A DNA stretch of 64,000 nt from contig CAYYGO010000013.1 in NCBI GenBank assembly GCA_964471635.1, forward strand, positions 10,594-74,593, given 5' to 3'. The position numbers and the translations under genes are program-made. Under the pieces are notes generated by a model, which searched no databases, was not told the origin of the DNA, and saw nothing but the letters and a program-made list of their open reading frames with translations. This DNA is from an uncultured Hyphomicrobium sp. GTDB taxonomy: Bacteria; Pseudomonadota; Alphaproteobacteria; Rhizobiales; Hyphomicrobiaceae. How positions within the stretch are numbered: position 1 is the first letter of the stretch; the number at the start of each line of letters is the position of its first letter. Positions 25,562-35,300 of this stretch are shown here, in pieces.

Positions 25562-27007
25562 ATGCTCTTACGTGTCCTGCTCTCAACATTGGCACTTTTC
25601 ACGACGATCGCCGCCGCGCAGGCGGAGCGCCGCGTTGCGCTCGTCATCGGCAACAGCAATTACGCCAACGCAGTGCGACTGCCCAATCCGGAGGGCGACG
25701 CCGAGGCTATGGCCTCCATGCTGCGCGGGAACGGGTTCGAGACCGTGGTGCTCGGAACCAATCTCGGCCGCGACGCCATGATCGAGAAGATCGGGCAGTT
25801 CGCCGAGGTGGCCCGGATCGCCGACACGGCGCTGTTCTTCTACGCCGGCCACGGCATCCAGGTGGATGGGAAGAACTACCTCGTACCGGTGGACGCCGAG
25901 CTCAAGACCGAGTTGCACGCCAAGAACCGCACCATCGACATCGACGCTGTGATGCACGACGCCATGAGCGAGGCCAAGCGCAAGTTGGTGTTGCTGGACG
26001 CGTGCCGCGACAACCCTTTTGCCAAGCAGATCCAGTCGACTCTGCCCAAGACACGAAGCACGGCCGTGACCTCGGGTCTTGCCGAGATGCGCTCGGGCGA
26101 AGGCACACTCATTGCCTTCGCCACGGGCCCCGGCCAGGTCGCGCTCGACGGCGAGGGCACGCACAGCCCGTTCACGCGGGCCTTGCTTGCTCACCTGCCG
26201 ACACCGGGTCTCGAGATCCGCCTGGCGCTATCAAATGTACGCTCGCAGGTGCTGGACGACACCAAGAAGCAGCAGTCGCCGTGGGAGACCACGAACATGG
26301 TCGGCTTCTTCTACATGCAGCCGGGTTCTGCTCCCGTGACCGCAGCAGGTCCCGCGGCGTCGCTGCCTCCCCAAGTCGGATTCGATGCCCGCCAGATGGA
26401 AATGGAAATGTGGAGCTCGATCAAGACTTCGACCAATCCCGCCGAGTACGAGGCCTACCTCAAGTCCTATCCGCAGGGTACATTCGCCGATCTCGCGCGG
26501 ACCCGCATCGCAGCCGCCAAAGGAGGCTCCCAGCCCGGAGGCGCCGGCAACCCTGGCTCGGGCAACGTTGCGACGGGCGAGATCAAGACCGCCGAGGCCA
26601 GCCAGGCGACAGAGGACGCCCTCGGACTTGATCGTCCGAAATGGGCCGACATCCAGAAGCGACTGACCGGGCTCGGTTTCAGCACGCGCGGCGTCGACGG
26701 CGGCATCGGGCCCAACACGCGCAAGGGTATGCAGGCGTGGCAGGGTGCGCGCGGCTATCCTGCGACCGGCTACCTCAATCGTCTGCAGCACGACGCTCTG
26801 CTGCGTGAGGTGATGCCGGTTTCCACCTCGAGTTCCAACGACAGCGACGATACGCCGAAGACGCGCAGCTACGGCCGCAGTGGCGGCAGCAGCAACGGCG
26901 GCAGCGGGGGCGGTGGGGGATCGTCCGCCGGTCAGGCTGGCGAGTTCGTCGGCGGCGTCGCGCGTGGCCTCATCGGTCGCGGAGGTGGCGTGCGTCTGCC
27001 CTTCTGA
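25562..27007 (+). CDS. Secreted caspase-like (peptidase C14) protein with peptidoglycan-binding (PG_binding_1-like) domain and Gly-rich tail
   Basis: Signal peptide MLLRVLLSTLALFTTIAAAQAE. The dyad motifs are LFFYAGHGIQ (His at 25850-25852) and LVLLDACRDNPF (Cys at 26003-26005). The PG-binding-like segment is IQKRLTGLGFSTRGVDGGIGPNTRKGMQAWQGARGYPATGYL. The tail is GGSSNGGSGGGGGSSAG. Confidence 0.85.
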   Translation: MLLRVLLSTLALFTTIAAAQAERRVALVIGNSNYANAVRLPNPEGDAEAMASMLRGNGFETVVLGTNLGRDAMIEKIGQFAEVARIADTALFFYAGHGIQVDGKNYLVPVDAELKTELHAKNRTIDIDAVMHDAMSEAKRKLVLLDACRDNPFAKQIQSTLPKTRSTAVTSGLAEMRSGEGTLIAFATGPGQVALDGEGTHSPFTRALLAHLPTPGLEIRLALSNVRSQVLDDTKKQQSPWETTNMVGFFYMQPGSAPVTAAGPAASLPPQVGFDARQMEMEMWSSIKTSTNPAEYEAYLKSYPQGTFADLARTRIAAAKGGSQPGGAGNPGSGNVATGEIKTAEASQATEDALGLDRPKWADIQKRLTGLGFSTRGVDGGIGPNTRKGMQAWQGARGYPATGYLNRLQHDALLREVMPVSTSSSNDSDDTPKTRSYGRSGGSSNGGSGGGGGSSAGQAGEFVGGVARGLIGRGGGVRLPF

Positions 27008-27043
27008 CGGACGCGGGAGTAGCTGGCAATGGTATTATGGGTC

Positions 27044-27065
27044 GGCGCCGGGTTCGGCCGGCGCC
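27044..27065 (+). terminator. GC-rich hairpin after the last gene of the peptidase cluster (terminator-like, no U tract)
   Basis: GGCGCCGG-GTTCGG-CCGGCGCC lies 37 nt after the stop at 27007. It is followed by C-rich rather than T-rich sequence, so terminator function is uncertain. Confidence 0.35.
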
Positions 27066-27579
27066 CCCCCCTCTTCGCGATCAGTGCGCGTGGCGTGCGT
27101 CGCCTCGGTGCCGAAGTGGCTATTTGACGGGCGCCCCCGCGAGCAGCGGTTTCCGAGATCAAGCGGAAGCCACGGACTGCGATCCGCATGCGGATGACGC
27201 AGTTGGTGCATACATAACTATATGATATAAAACAATTTTGTGTTCTTGGTTCTGGGCGCCCCAGACGGGAGTGCAGCACCCGTGTTCGGGGGGTGGGGCA
27301 CTCGGAGTTCGTTTGCAACCGCCAAGCAGCCCAGCTTCACAATTCTTTACCATCCCGGCTGACGCCGCTTTACACATTTCCTGTTCAATCTGTGGTCAAG
27401 GGGAACCGGCACGATCCGCGTCCCGTTTACCAAAGAGCCCGTTGGCCGACTATGCGGGCCGACCGGCGAATGTGTACGCTGGCGGCAAGTGCCCGCCATC
27501 GCTCGGACATGGTTGCCGCCGATGGTTGGCAACGCGTTTCCGAGCGGTAACGTTCGCTCCGAGGACAGGAAGGTATAGG

Positions 27580-28962
27580 GTGTCGAGCTTCGCAAAGCCG
27601 CTGTTGGCCGTCGTGGTGATCGCCCTGTCGACGGCAGCGGTGATCCACTACACCGGCGGCCTGCCAGGCAGTGACGGCGGCAAAGGCGGTCACACTGCGG
27701 GGACCGGCCCCGGGGGGGGTGACGGCACCAGTGGCGGCCGGCGACGTGGTGGGCGTGGTGGGGATGGTCCAGCGGCGGTCGTTGTTGCGCCTGCTCGCGT
27801 GACCGACGTCCCGGTGCATCTCGAGGGCGTCGGCACCGTCAAAGCACGCAACACCGTGACGGTTCGGCCCCAGGTCGACGGCCGTATCATGTCGGTTGAG
27901 TTCCAGGAGGGTCAGGACGTCCGCAAAGGCGACGTGCTGGTCCGCATCGATCCGGCCACTTACCAGGCGGCGTTCGATCAGGCCGTCGCGCGCAAACGTC
28001 TCACCGAGGTACAACTCGACAACGCAATGCGCGATCTGGCGCGTTTCATGCGGCTGACGACGAGTGCGGTGTCCGAGAAGACTGTCGACACGCAGCGCGC
28101 CCAGGTCGCCCAGCTCGAGGCCCAGGTCAAAGCCGACGACGCGGCGATCGCCAGTGCCCGCGCGCTCCTGGACTACACGGTCGTCACAGCTCCAATGAAC
28201 GGACGCACCGGCATCCGCATGGTCGACGAGGGCAACCTGGTTCGCGCCGCCGACGCAGGCGTCGTGGTCATTACAGAGGTGCAGCCGATCGCCGCGACGT
28301 TCAATCTGCCCCAACAGCATCTCATACGCGTGCAGCGCGCCGCCGAGAGGGGTGTGCTGCGGGCCGAGGCGGTGGAGGCGACGACCCGGGCGATCGTCGA
28401 CATCGGAGCGCTGACCGTCGTCGACAACCAGGTCGATTCGCAAACCGGCACGGTGCGCATGAAGGCCGAGTTTCCCAATGCCCGAATGCAACTCTGGCCG
28501 GGCCAGTTCGTCAACGTGCGCCTGCTCGTCGAGACGCTGGAGAAGGTCGTTGTGGTGCCGGCTGCCGCCGTGCAGCGCGGACCGGGCGGTGCTTTCGTCT
28601 ATGTGCTTGATGCAGACGGTGCCAAGGTTGGGGCGCGTCAGGTCGCGCTCGGGCCGGTCGGGGATCGCGAGGCCGTGGTGCAAACGGGGGTCGCAGCGGG
28701 CGATCTGGTCGTCACGTCGGGATTTGGCCGCCTTGCGGACGGTGCCGCGGTTACGGCAACGCCGGCTGCAGAAGACCGGCCGGTCGATCCCGGCGCCGCT
28801 TCGGCTGAGACCGGTTCGGTTGTGGCCGCGCCGCCGAGTGGTACTGCACAAGCCGCTCAGGGTGAGCCCGCAGCTGGTGGCGACAGGCCACCGGTGCAAG
28901 GCGAGGGCCGCCGCGGCCGGCGCAAGGATGCTCGTGCCGGGACGCCCATGCCGACGCCGTGA
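27580..28962 (+). CDS. mdtA: RND efflux periplasmic adaptor subunit (MdtA/MuxA-like)
   Basis: The membrane anchor VSSFAKPLLAVVVIALSTAAV is followed by lipoyl, hairpin and beta-barrel segments (VEFQEGQDVRKGDVLVRIDP, ARALLDYTVVTAPMNGRTGIR). The GTG at 27580 is preceded by AGGAAGG. It is followed by two RND permeases. Confidence 0.85.
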   Translation: MSSFAKPLLAVVVIALSTAAVIHYTGGLPGSDGGKGGHTAGTGPGGGDGTSGGRRRGGRGGDGPAAVVVAPARVTDVPVHLEGVGTVKARNTVTVRPQVDGRIMSVEFQEGQDVRKGDVLVRIDPATYQAAFDQAVARKRLTEVQLDNAMRDLARFMRLTTSAVSEKTVDTQRAQVAQLEAQVKADDAAIASARALLDYTVVTAPMNGRTGIRMVDEGNLVRAADAGVVVITEVQPIAATFNLPQQHLIRVQRAAERGVLRAEAVEATTRAIVDIGALTVVDNQVDSQTGTVRMKAEFPNARMQLWPGQFVNVRLLVETLEKVVVVPAAAVQRGPGGAFVYVLDADGAKVGARQVALGPVGDREAVVQTGVAAGDLVVTSGFGRLADGAAVTATPAAEDRPVDPGAASAETGSVVAAPPSGTAQAAQGEPAAGGDRPPVQGEGRRGRRKDARAGTPMPTP

Positions 28963-29145
28963 GCGAACTCCGGAGAACGGTGGCGGGGCGACCTGCGGTA
29001 CGACTGACGACCCATGCCACGACCCGTGCGGCAGTCGCGCGGCGGATATCGAGTGCGCGCTCGGAAATCCTTGACCTGGCGTCGCGTGAAGCCCGCACGG
29101 AACGAGCCTTACGACATCGGCGACTGTCCGAGGAGACCTGTTACG

Positions 29146-32100
29146 ATGAGCGTCTCGTCCCCCTTCATACGACGGCCGATCGCCACCTCCCTGCTCGGCG
29201 TCGCGACACTGCTGGCCGGTGCGCTGGGCTACCTGATACTGCCGGTAGCCTCGCTGCCGCAGGTCGAGTTCCCGACGGTTCAGGTGACCACGCAGCTGCC
29301 GGGCGCGAGCCCCGATACAATGTCGACGCTGGTGACGGCCTCGCTCGAGCGGCAGCTGGGCCAGATCCCGGCCCTCGAGACGATGACCTCGTCGAGCTCG
29401 TTCGGATGGAGCCGCATCACGCTGCAGTTCAAGCTCGGTCGCGACATCGACGCGGCTGCCCAGGATGTGCAGGCGGCCATCAATGCGGCCGGCTCGACGC
29501 TGCCGCGCGACCTGCCGTATCCACCGACCTACGCCAAGGTCAATCCGGCCGATGCGCCGATCGTCACGCTGGCCCTGACCTCCGAGACGCTGTCGCTGCG
29601 CCAGCTTTCGGATCTCGCCGATACGCTCATAGCGCAACGTCTCGCGTCGATCTCCGGCGTCGGTAACGTGTCGGTGGAAGGCGGCATTCGGCCGGCCGTG
29701 CGCATCAAGGCCGACATTTCTCGCCTTGCAGCCTACGGACTGTCGATGACCGATCTCTCGGCGGCCATCAGTGGCGCCAACGTCTCAGGCCCCAAGGGCT
29801 CGCTCGACGGAACGTTCCAGTCCTACTCGATTGCCGCCAACGACCAGCTCGCCTCCGCCGCCGACTATCGTGCAGTCGTCGTCGCCTATCGCAACGGCGC
29901 CCCGGTGCGCCTCGAGGACGTGGCCGAGGTGGTCGACGGGCTCGAGAACAACAAGGTCGGCGGCTGGTATGGGCAAAAGCCGGCCGTCGTCGTCAACGTT
30001 CAACGCCAGCCGGGGGCCAACGTTATCTCGACGGTGACGCGGCTCGGCGCCGAGCTGCCACGCATCGAGCGTGCGCTTCCCGAGGGCGCTCGGCTCGAGG
30101 TGGTGCACGACCGGACGGAGACCATCCGCGCCTCGATCCACGACGTCCAGTTCACACTGGTGCTTTCGATCGCGCTCGTGGTGCTGGTTGTGCTCCTGTT
30201 CCTCCGATCCGCTCGCGCCACGTTCATCGCCGGCGTGACGCTGCCGATGTCGCTCGTCGCCACGTTCGGCGTCATGTGGCTGGCGGGCTTCAGCCTCAAC
30301 AACCTGTCGCTGATGGCGCTCACCATCGGGACTGGATTCGTCGTCGACGATGCGATCGTGATGATCGAGAACATCGTGCGCCATATCGAGAAGGGCGAGC
30401 GGCCGCACAAGGCGGCAATCGAGGGCGCGCGAGAGATCGGCTTCACGGTGATCTCGCTGACGTTATCGCTGGTTGCCGTGTTCATACCGCTGCTGTTCAT
30501 GACCGGTCTGGTTGGTCGCATGTTCCGCGAATTCGCGCTGACTCTGACCATTGCGGTGGTCGTGTCGATGGTGGTGTCGCTCACGCTGACACCGATGATG
30601 TGCGCGAAGCTCTTGAAGCACAATCCGGCGGGTGCGGCGTCCGAAGGATCGCGTGCACGCATCGGTCGCTTCTTCGCTGCCGGGCTCGACGCCGTGGTGG
30701 CAGGCTACGGGCGCAGCCTTGCGTGGGTGCTGCGCCGCCGCGCGGCGACGCTGGCCGTCACGGCGATGACCGCGCTGCTCACGGTCTGGATGTACGTGGC
30801 GGCCCCTAAGGGCTTCCTGCCGCAGCAGGATACCGGTCTTGTCGAGGCGGTGCTCGAGGCGGGTCCCGAGGTCTCGTTCGCAGAGATGACCCGACTGCAG
30901 GACCAGGTCGCCGCTCTGTTCCGCAAAGAGCCGGAGGTGGCGGGCGTGGTTTCAGTGGCGGGGGTGGGCAGCGCCAACGCCACGCCGAATGTTGCGAGCC
31001 TCAAGGTGACGCTCAAGCCGCGCCCTGCTCGCAAGGCGAACGCCTCACAGGTGGTCGACCGGCTGAAGGCTGCCACCGCCGCTCTGCCCGGACTTACGCT
31101 GCACTTCCGCGTGGTGCAGGACATCCAGATCTCGACGCGTCCAAGCCGCGCGCAGTACCAGTACACGCTCTCGGGTACCGACACGGCGCAGGTCTCGCTG
31201 TGGGCCGAGCGGCTGCGTGACGCACTGAGCGAGGAGCCGGAGCTGCGCGAGATCGCATCCGAATCCCAGAAGGGCGGGCTGCGCGCCGTGGTGCGCGTCG
31301 ATCGCGATCTCGCTGGCAGGCTCGGCGTGACGCTGCAGGCCGTCAACAGCGCGCTCAACGATGCCTTCGGTCAGCGCCAGGTTTCGACCATCTATGCGCA
31401 GGCCAACCAGTATCGCGTCGTGCTCGAGGCGATGGCCCAATACCAGACCGATCCCTCGCGGCTGGCTCGCCTCTTTGTTCCCTCGACGTCCGGGGCGCAG
31501 GTGCCGCTCGGCTCGGTGGCGCGGATCGAGTACACGACCGTGCCGCTCGCGATCCATCACCAGGATCAGCTGCCGGCCGAGGTTCTGAGCTTCAATCTGG
31601 CGCCGGGAGCCTCGCTGTCCGACGCCGTCGCTGCCGTGAGCCGGGCGGAGCGGCGCATCGGGCTGCCGCCTGCCGTCGTGGGCAGCTACTCGGGCGACGC
31701 GCTCGAGTTCGCGAAGTCGCTCGAGGGTCAGCCGTGGCTGATACTGGCGGCTGTCGTCGCCATCTATATCGTGCTCGGTGTACTTTACGAGAGCTTCATA
31801 CATCCGTTCACGATCCTGACCACGCTGCCCTCGGCCGGCATCGGCGCGATGCTCGCCCTGAACCTTGCCGGCATGGATCTGTCGGTCGTGGCGCTCATCG
31901 GCATCGTTTTGCTGATGGGCATCGTGAAGAAGAACGCCATCATGATGATCGACTTTGCGCTCGAGGCCGAGCGCGAGCGCGGCCTCGATCCTGAGAGGGC
32001 GATTGTCGAGGCGGCTCTGCTGCGCTTCCGCCCGATCATGATGACGACGCTCGCGGCGCTGCTCGGCGCACTGCCGCTGGCGCTTGAGAGCGGCGTCGGC

Positions 32101-32343
32101 TCCGAGCTCCGGAATCCGCTCGGCGTGTCGATCGTCGGCGGCTTGATCCTGTCGCAACTGCTGACGCTCTACACGACGCCGGTGATCTACCTCGCGATGG
32201 ATGGTCTACGTGCCCGCATCGGATCGCCGTTTGCCGATATTCGCGAAGACGTCGCGCCGCCCGCGAGCCCTGCTGCCGCCACCGGGCTCGGGAGCGTAGC
32301 AGCGCCTGCCGACGTGCGTGCCGGGGAGGGGACGCGGCCATGA
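29146..32343 (+). CDS. mdtB: RND multidrug efflux permease (MdtB/MuxB-like)
   Basis: MSVSSPFIRRPIATSLLGVATLLAG... is the typical AcrB-family N-terminus. The protein is about 1065 aa with 12 TM segments. The ATG at 29146 is preceded by GAGGAG. Confidence 0.9.
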   Translation: MSVSSPFIRRPIATSLLGVATLLAGALGYLILPVASLPQVEFPTVQVTTQLPGASPDTMSTLVTASLERQLGQIPALETMTSSSSFGWSRITLQFKLGRDIDAAAQDVQAAINAAGSTLPRDLPYPPTYAKVNPADAPIVTLALTSETLSLRQLSDLADTLIAQRLASISGVGNVSVEGGIRPAVRIKADISRLAAYGLSMTDLSAAISGANVSGPKGSLDGTFQSYSIAANDQLASAADYRAVVVAYRNGAPVRLEDVAEVVDGLENNKVGGWYGQKPAVVVNVQRQPGANVISTVTRLGAELPRIERALPEGARLEVVHDRTETIRASIHDVQFTLVLSIALVVLVVLLFLRSARATFIAGVTLPMSLVATFGVMWLAGFSLNNLSLMALTIGTGFVVDDAIVMIENIVRHIEKGERPHKAAIEGAREIGFTVISLTLSLVAVFIPLLFMTGLVGRMFREFALTLTIAVVVSMVVSLTLTPMMCAKLLKHNPAGAASEGSRARIGRFFAAGLDAVVAGYGRSLAWVLRRRAATLAVTAMTALLTVWMYVAAPKGFLPQQDTGLVEAVLEAGPEVSFAEMTRLQDQVAALFRKEPEVAGVVSVAGVGSANATPNVASLKVTLKPRPARKANASQVVDRLKAATAALPGLTLHFRVVQDIQISTRPSRAQYQYTLSGTDTAQVSLWAERLRDALSEEPELREIASESQKGGLRAVVRVDRDLAGRLGVTLQAVNSALNDAFGQRQVSTIYAQANQYRVVLEAMAQYQTDPSRLARLFVPSTSGAQVPLGSVARIEYTTVPLAIHHQDQLPAEVLSFNLAPGASLSDAVAAVSRAERRIGLPPAVVGSYSGDALEFAKSLEGQPWLILAAVVAIYIVLGVLYESFIHPFTILTTLPSAGIGAMLALNLAGMDLSVVALIGIVLLMGIVKKNAIMMIDFALEAERERGLDPERAIVEAALLRFRPIMMTTLAALLGALPLALESGVGSELRNPLGVSIVGGLILSQLLTLYTTPVIYLAMDGLRARIGSPFADIREDVAPPASPAAATGLGSVAAPADVRAGEGTRP

Positions 32344-35300
32344 GCATCTCGCGGCCCTTCATTCTGCGGCCCGTCGGCACGATCCTCATGGCGGTCGGCC
32401 TGTTCCTGGTCGGTCTCGTCGCCTACCGTGCGTTGCCGGTCGCGAGCCTGCCGGTTGTCGAGTTCCCGACGATCTCCGTCTCGGCGTCGCGGCCTGGTGC
32501 CGATCCGGAGACGATGGCCGCCACCATCGCCGCGCCGCTCGAGCGGCGGCTCGGCGCCATCGCTGGCGTCAACGAGATGACGTCGGTGTCCTCGATGGGC
32601 AACACGCGCATCACGATTCAATTCGACATCTCGCGCAACATCGACGGCGCCGCTCGAGACGTGCAAGCTGCGCTGAACGCAGCCATGAGCGACCTGCCCG
32701 GCGATCTGCCGCAGACGCCCAGGTTCCGCAAGCTGAACCCGTCCGCGGCGCCGATCCTCATCCTTGCCGTCACGTCCGATACGCAGTCGATCGGCGCCGT
32801 ATACGATGCGGTCGACACGGTGCTCGCGCAACGCATCATGCAGGTACCCGGCGTGGCCGAGGTGCAGGTGGCCGGTGCGGCCCAGCCGGCGATACGGGTC
32901 AAAGCCGATCCTTCGATGCTGGCGTCGGTCGGGCTCAGCATGGAGGATGTCCGCCAGGCGATCGTCGCTGCCAACTCCGTGACGCCGATCGGCCAGATCG
33001 ACGGCGACCGTCAGGCCATCACGCTCGGCACCAACGAGCAGATGCGCTCCCCCGACGATTACCGGACGCTGGTGGTGAAGAACCGCAACGGCGAGGTCGT
33101 GAGGCTGTCGTCGGTGGCCAGCATCGAGCAGGGCCCCGTGAATACGCGGTCGGCCGCGCTGTTCAATCTGAAGCCCGCCGTACTGATGCCCATCACCAAG
33201 CAGGCCGACGCCAACGTGGTCGAGACGGTCGACGCCATCAAGGCGCTGATCCCGCAGCTTCGACAGCTGGTCCCCGCCGGTATCGAAATCTCTGTCCTGT
33301 CCGACCGCACGACGACGCTGCGCGCAGGTATCCACGAGATGCTTTTCACGCTGGCGATTTCGATCGTTCTGGTCATGCTTGTCGTCTACGTGTTCCTCCG
33401 ACGCGCCCCGCCGACGATTGCCGCGGGCATCACAGTGCCGCTGTCGCTCGCCGGGACGTGCGGGCTGATGTGGGTCTCCGGCTTCTCGATCAACAATTTG
33501 ACGCTCATGGCGATCATCGTCTCGGTCGGCTTCGTCGTCGACGATGCCATCGTCATGATCGAGAACATCCATCGTCGCCTCGACGCAGGCGAGCCTCCGC
33601 TGCGTGCGGCAATGGTGGGTTCGCGCGAGATCGGCTTCACCGTCGTCTCGATCAGCGTCTCCCTGGTCGCGGCCTTCATCCCTCTGCTGTTCATGGGTGG
33701 CATCTTCGGGAGGCTGCTGCATGAATTCGCGGTGACGCTGGTGTTCGCGATCGTCGTCTCGACGGTGGTGTCGCTGACCGTGACGCCGATGATTACCGCG
33801 CATTTCCTGACGGCCGAGGCGCACCGAACGCCGCGGCTCTTCGACCGCGTTGTCGAGGGCGCACTCGGCGCCATGGTGCGGGGGTACGGGCGCACGGTCC
33901 GGATCGCGATCGACAACCAGATCGTCATGCTGGCCACGTTGGCCGCGACCGTGGTGCTGACGGTACATTTCTTTATCGTCACGCCGAAGGCACTTCTGCC
34001 GCAGGACGACACCGGACTGATGTTCGTGGCGATGGAGGCCCCGCCGCAGACCTCGTTCGAGGTCATGGCCAACTTGCAGCGCCGCGCCGTCGAGATCGTG
34101 CTGGCTGATCCTGCGGTGGCGCGTCTCGGATCGACCATCGGCACCGGCGGCTTCAACGCATCTGCCAACCAGGGCCGTATATTCGTAGCACTGAAGCCGC
34201 TCGCGGAACGGGGCGGGCTCACCACGAGCCAGGTGGGCGATCGGCTGCGCACCGCGCTTCAGGCGGTACAGGGACTGAAGATTTTCTTGACGGCGGCACA
34301 GGACGTGCGTGTCGGCGCACGCTCCAGCAAGTCGAGCTATCAGCTCACACTGTGGAGCCTCGACTTCGACGATCTCTACGATGCGGTCCCACGCGTTGCA
34401 GCGAAACTTGCCACGCTGCCGGAGCTGGTCGACGTCGCGACCGATCGCGAGCAGGGCGGTTTTCAGCTCGACGTGACCATAGATCGCGACGCCGCGTCTC
34501 GCGTCGGCGTGTCGATGGCCGATATCGAAGCGGCGCTATCGAACGCCTTCAGCCAGCGCCAGGTCGCCACGCTCTATACCGCGCGCAATCAGTATCGCGT
34601 CGTGCTCGAGGTCGACCCTGCGCTGCAACGTGCACCGGAGCACCTGGCTCGTATACATGTGCCAAGTCGGTCGGGTGTTCAGGTGCCCCTCTCGACGCTC
34701 ATTCGCATTAAGGACGGAACGGCGCCGCTGGTCGTCAATCACCAGGGTCCGTTTCCGGCCGTGACGATATCCTACAATGTCAGGACGGGTGTTCCGCTGC
34801 AGACCGCGACCCGGGCCATAGACCGGGCGGTCGCAGAGTTGGCTCTTCCCGAGAACATCCGCGTCGAATCGGCAGGCGATGCCAAGGCGGCGGCCGCCCA
34901 GGCATCGGCCCAGCCGCTGCTGCTCATCGCCGCGCTGGTTGCCGTCTACATCGTGCTCGGCGTTCTCTACGAAAGCCTCGCACATCCGCTGACGATCATA
35001 TCGACCTTGCCTTCGGCCGGTCTCGGTGCGCTCCTGGCGTTGCAGGTCACGGGTCGATCGATCGACATGATCGCGCTGATCGGGCTCATTCTGCTGATCG
35101 GCATCGTGAAGAAGAACGGAATCATGCTCGTCGATTTCGCACTTGCTGCCGAGCGCGAGCGCGGCCTCACGCCGCGCGAGGCGATCTACGAGGCTTGTCT
35201 CGAGCGGTTCCGCCCGATCCTGATGACGACGCTGGCGGCGGTGCTGGGCGCCGTGCCGCTCGCTGTCGCGACAGGCCCGGGGTCCGAGTACCGACTGCCG

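Noticed and set aside
27195-27240. AT-rich patch (ACATAACTATATGATATAAAACAATTTTGTG) upstream of mdtA as a defined operator.
   Set aside because: I could not identify a convincing palindrome, direct repeat or known box (for example BaeR). It is probably just promoter or UP-element DNA, so it is left uncalled.
18145-27600. Genomic island integrated at tRNA-His and carrying the peptidase cluster.
   Set aside because: There is no integrase, transposase or phage gene. I could find no direct repeat of the tRNA 3' end near 27.0-27.6 kb. Base composition looks the same as the flanks. The cluster appears to be native chromosome, although a formal GC-skew or k-mer test was not possible.
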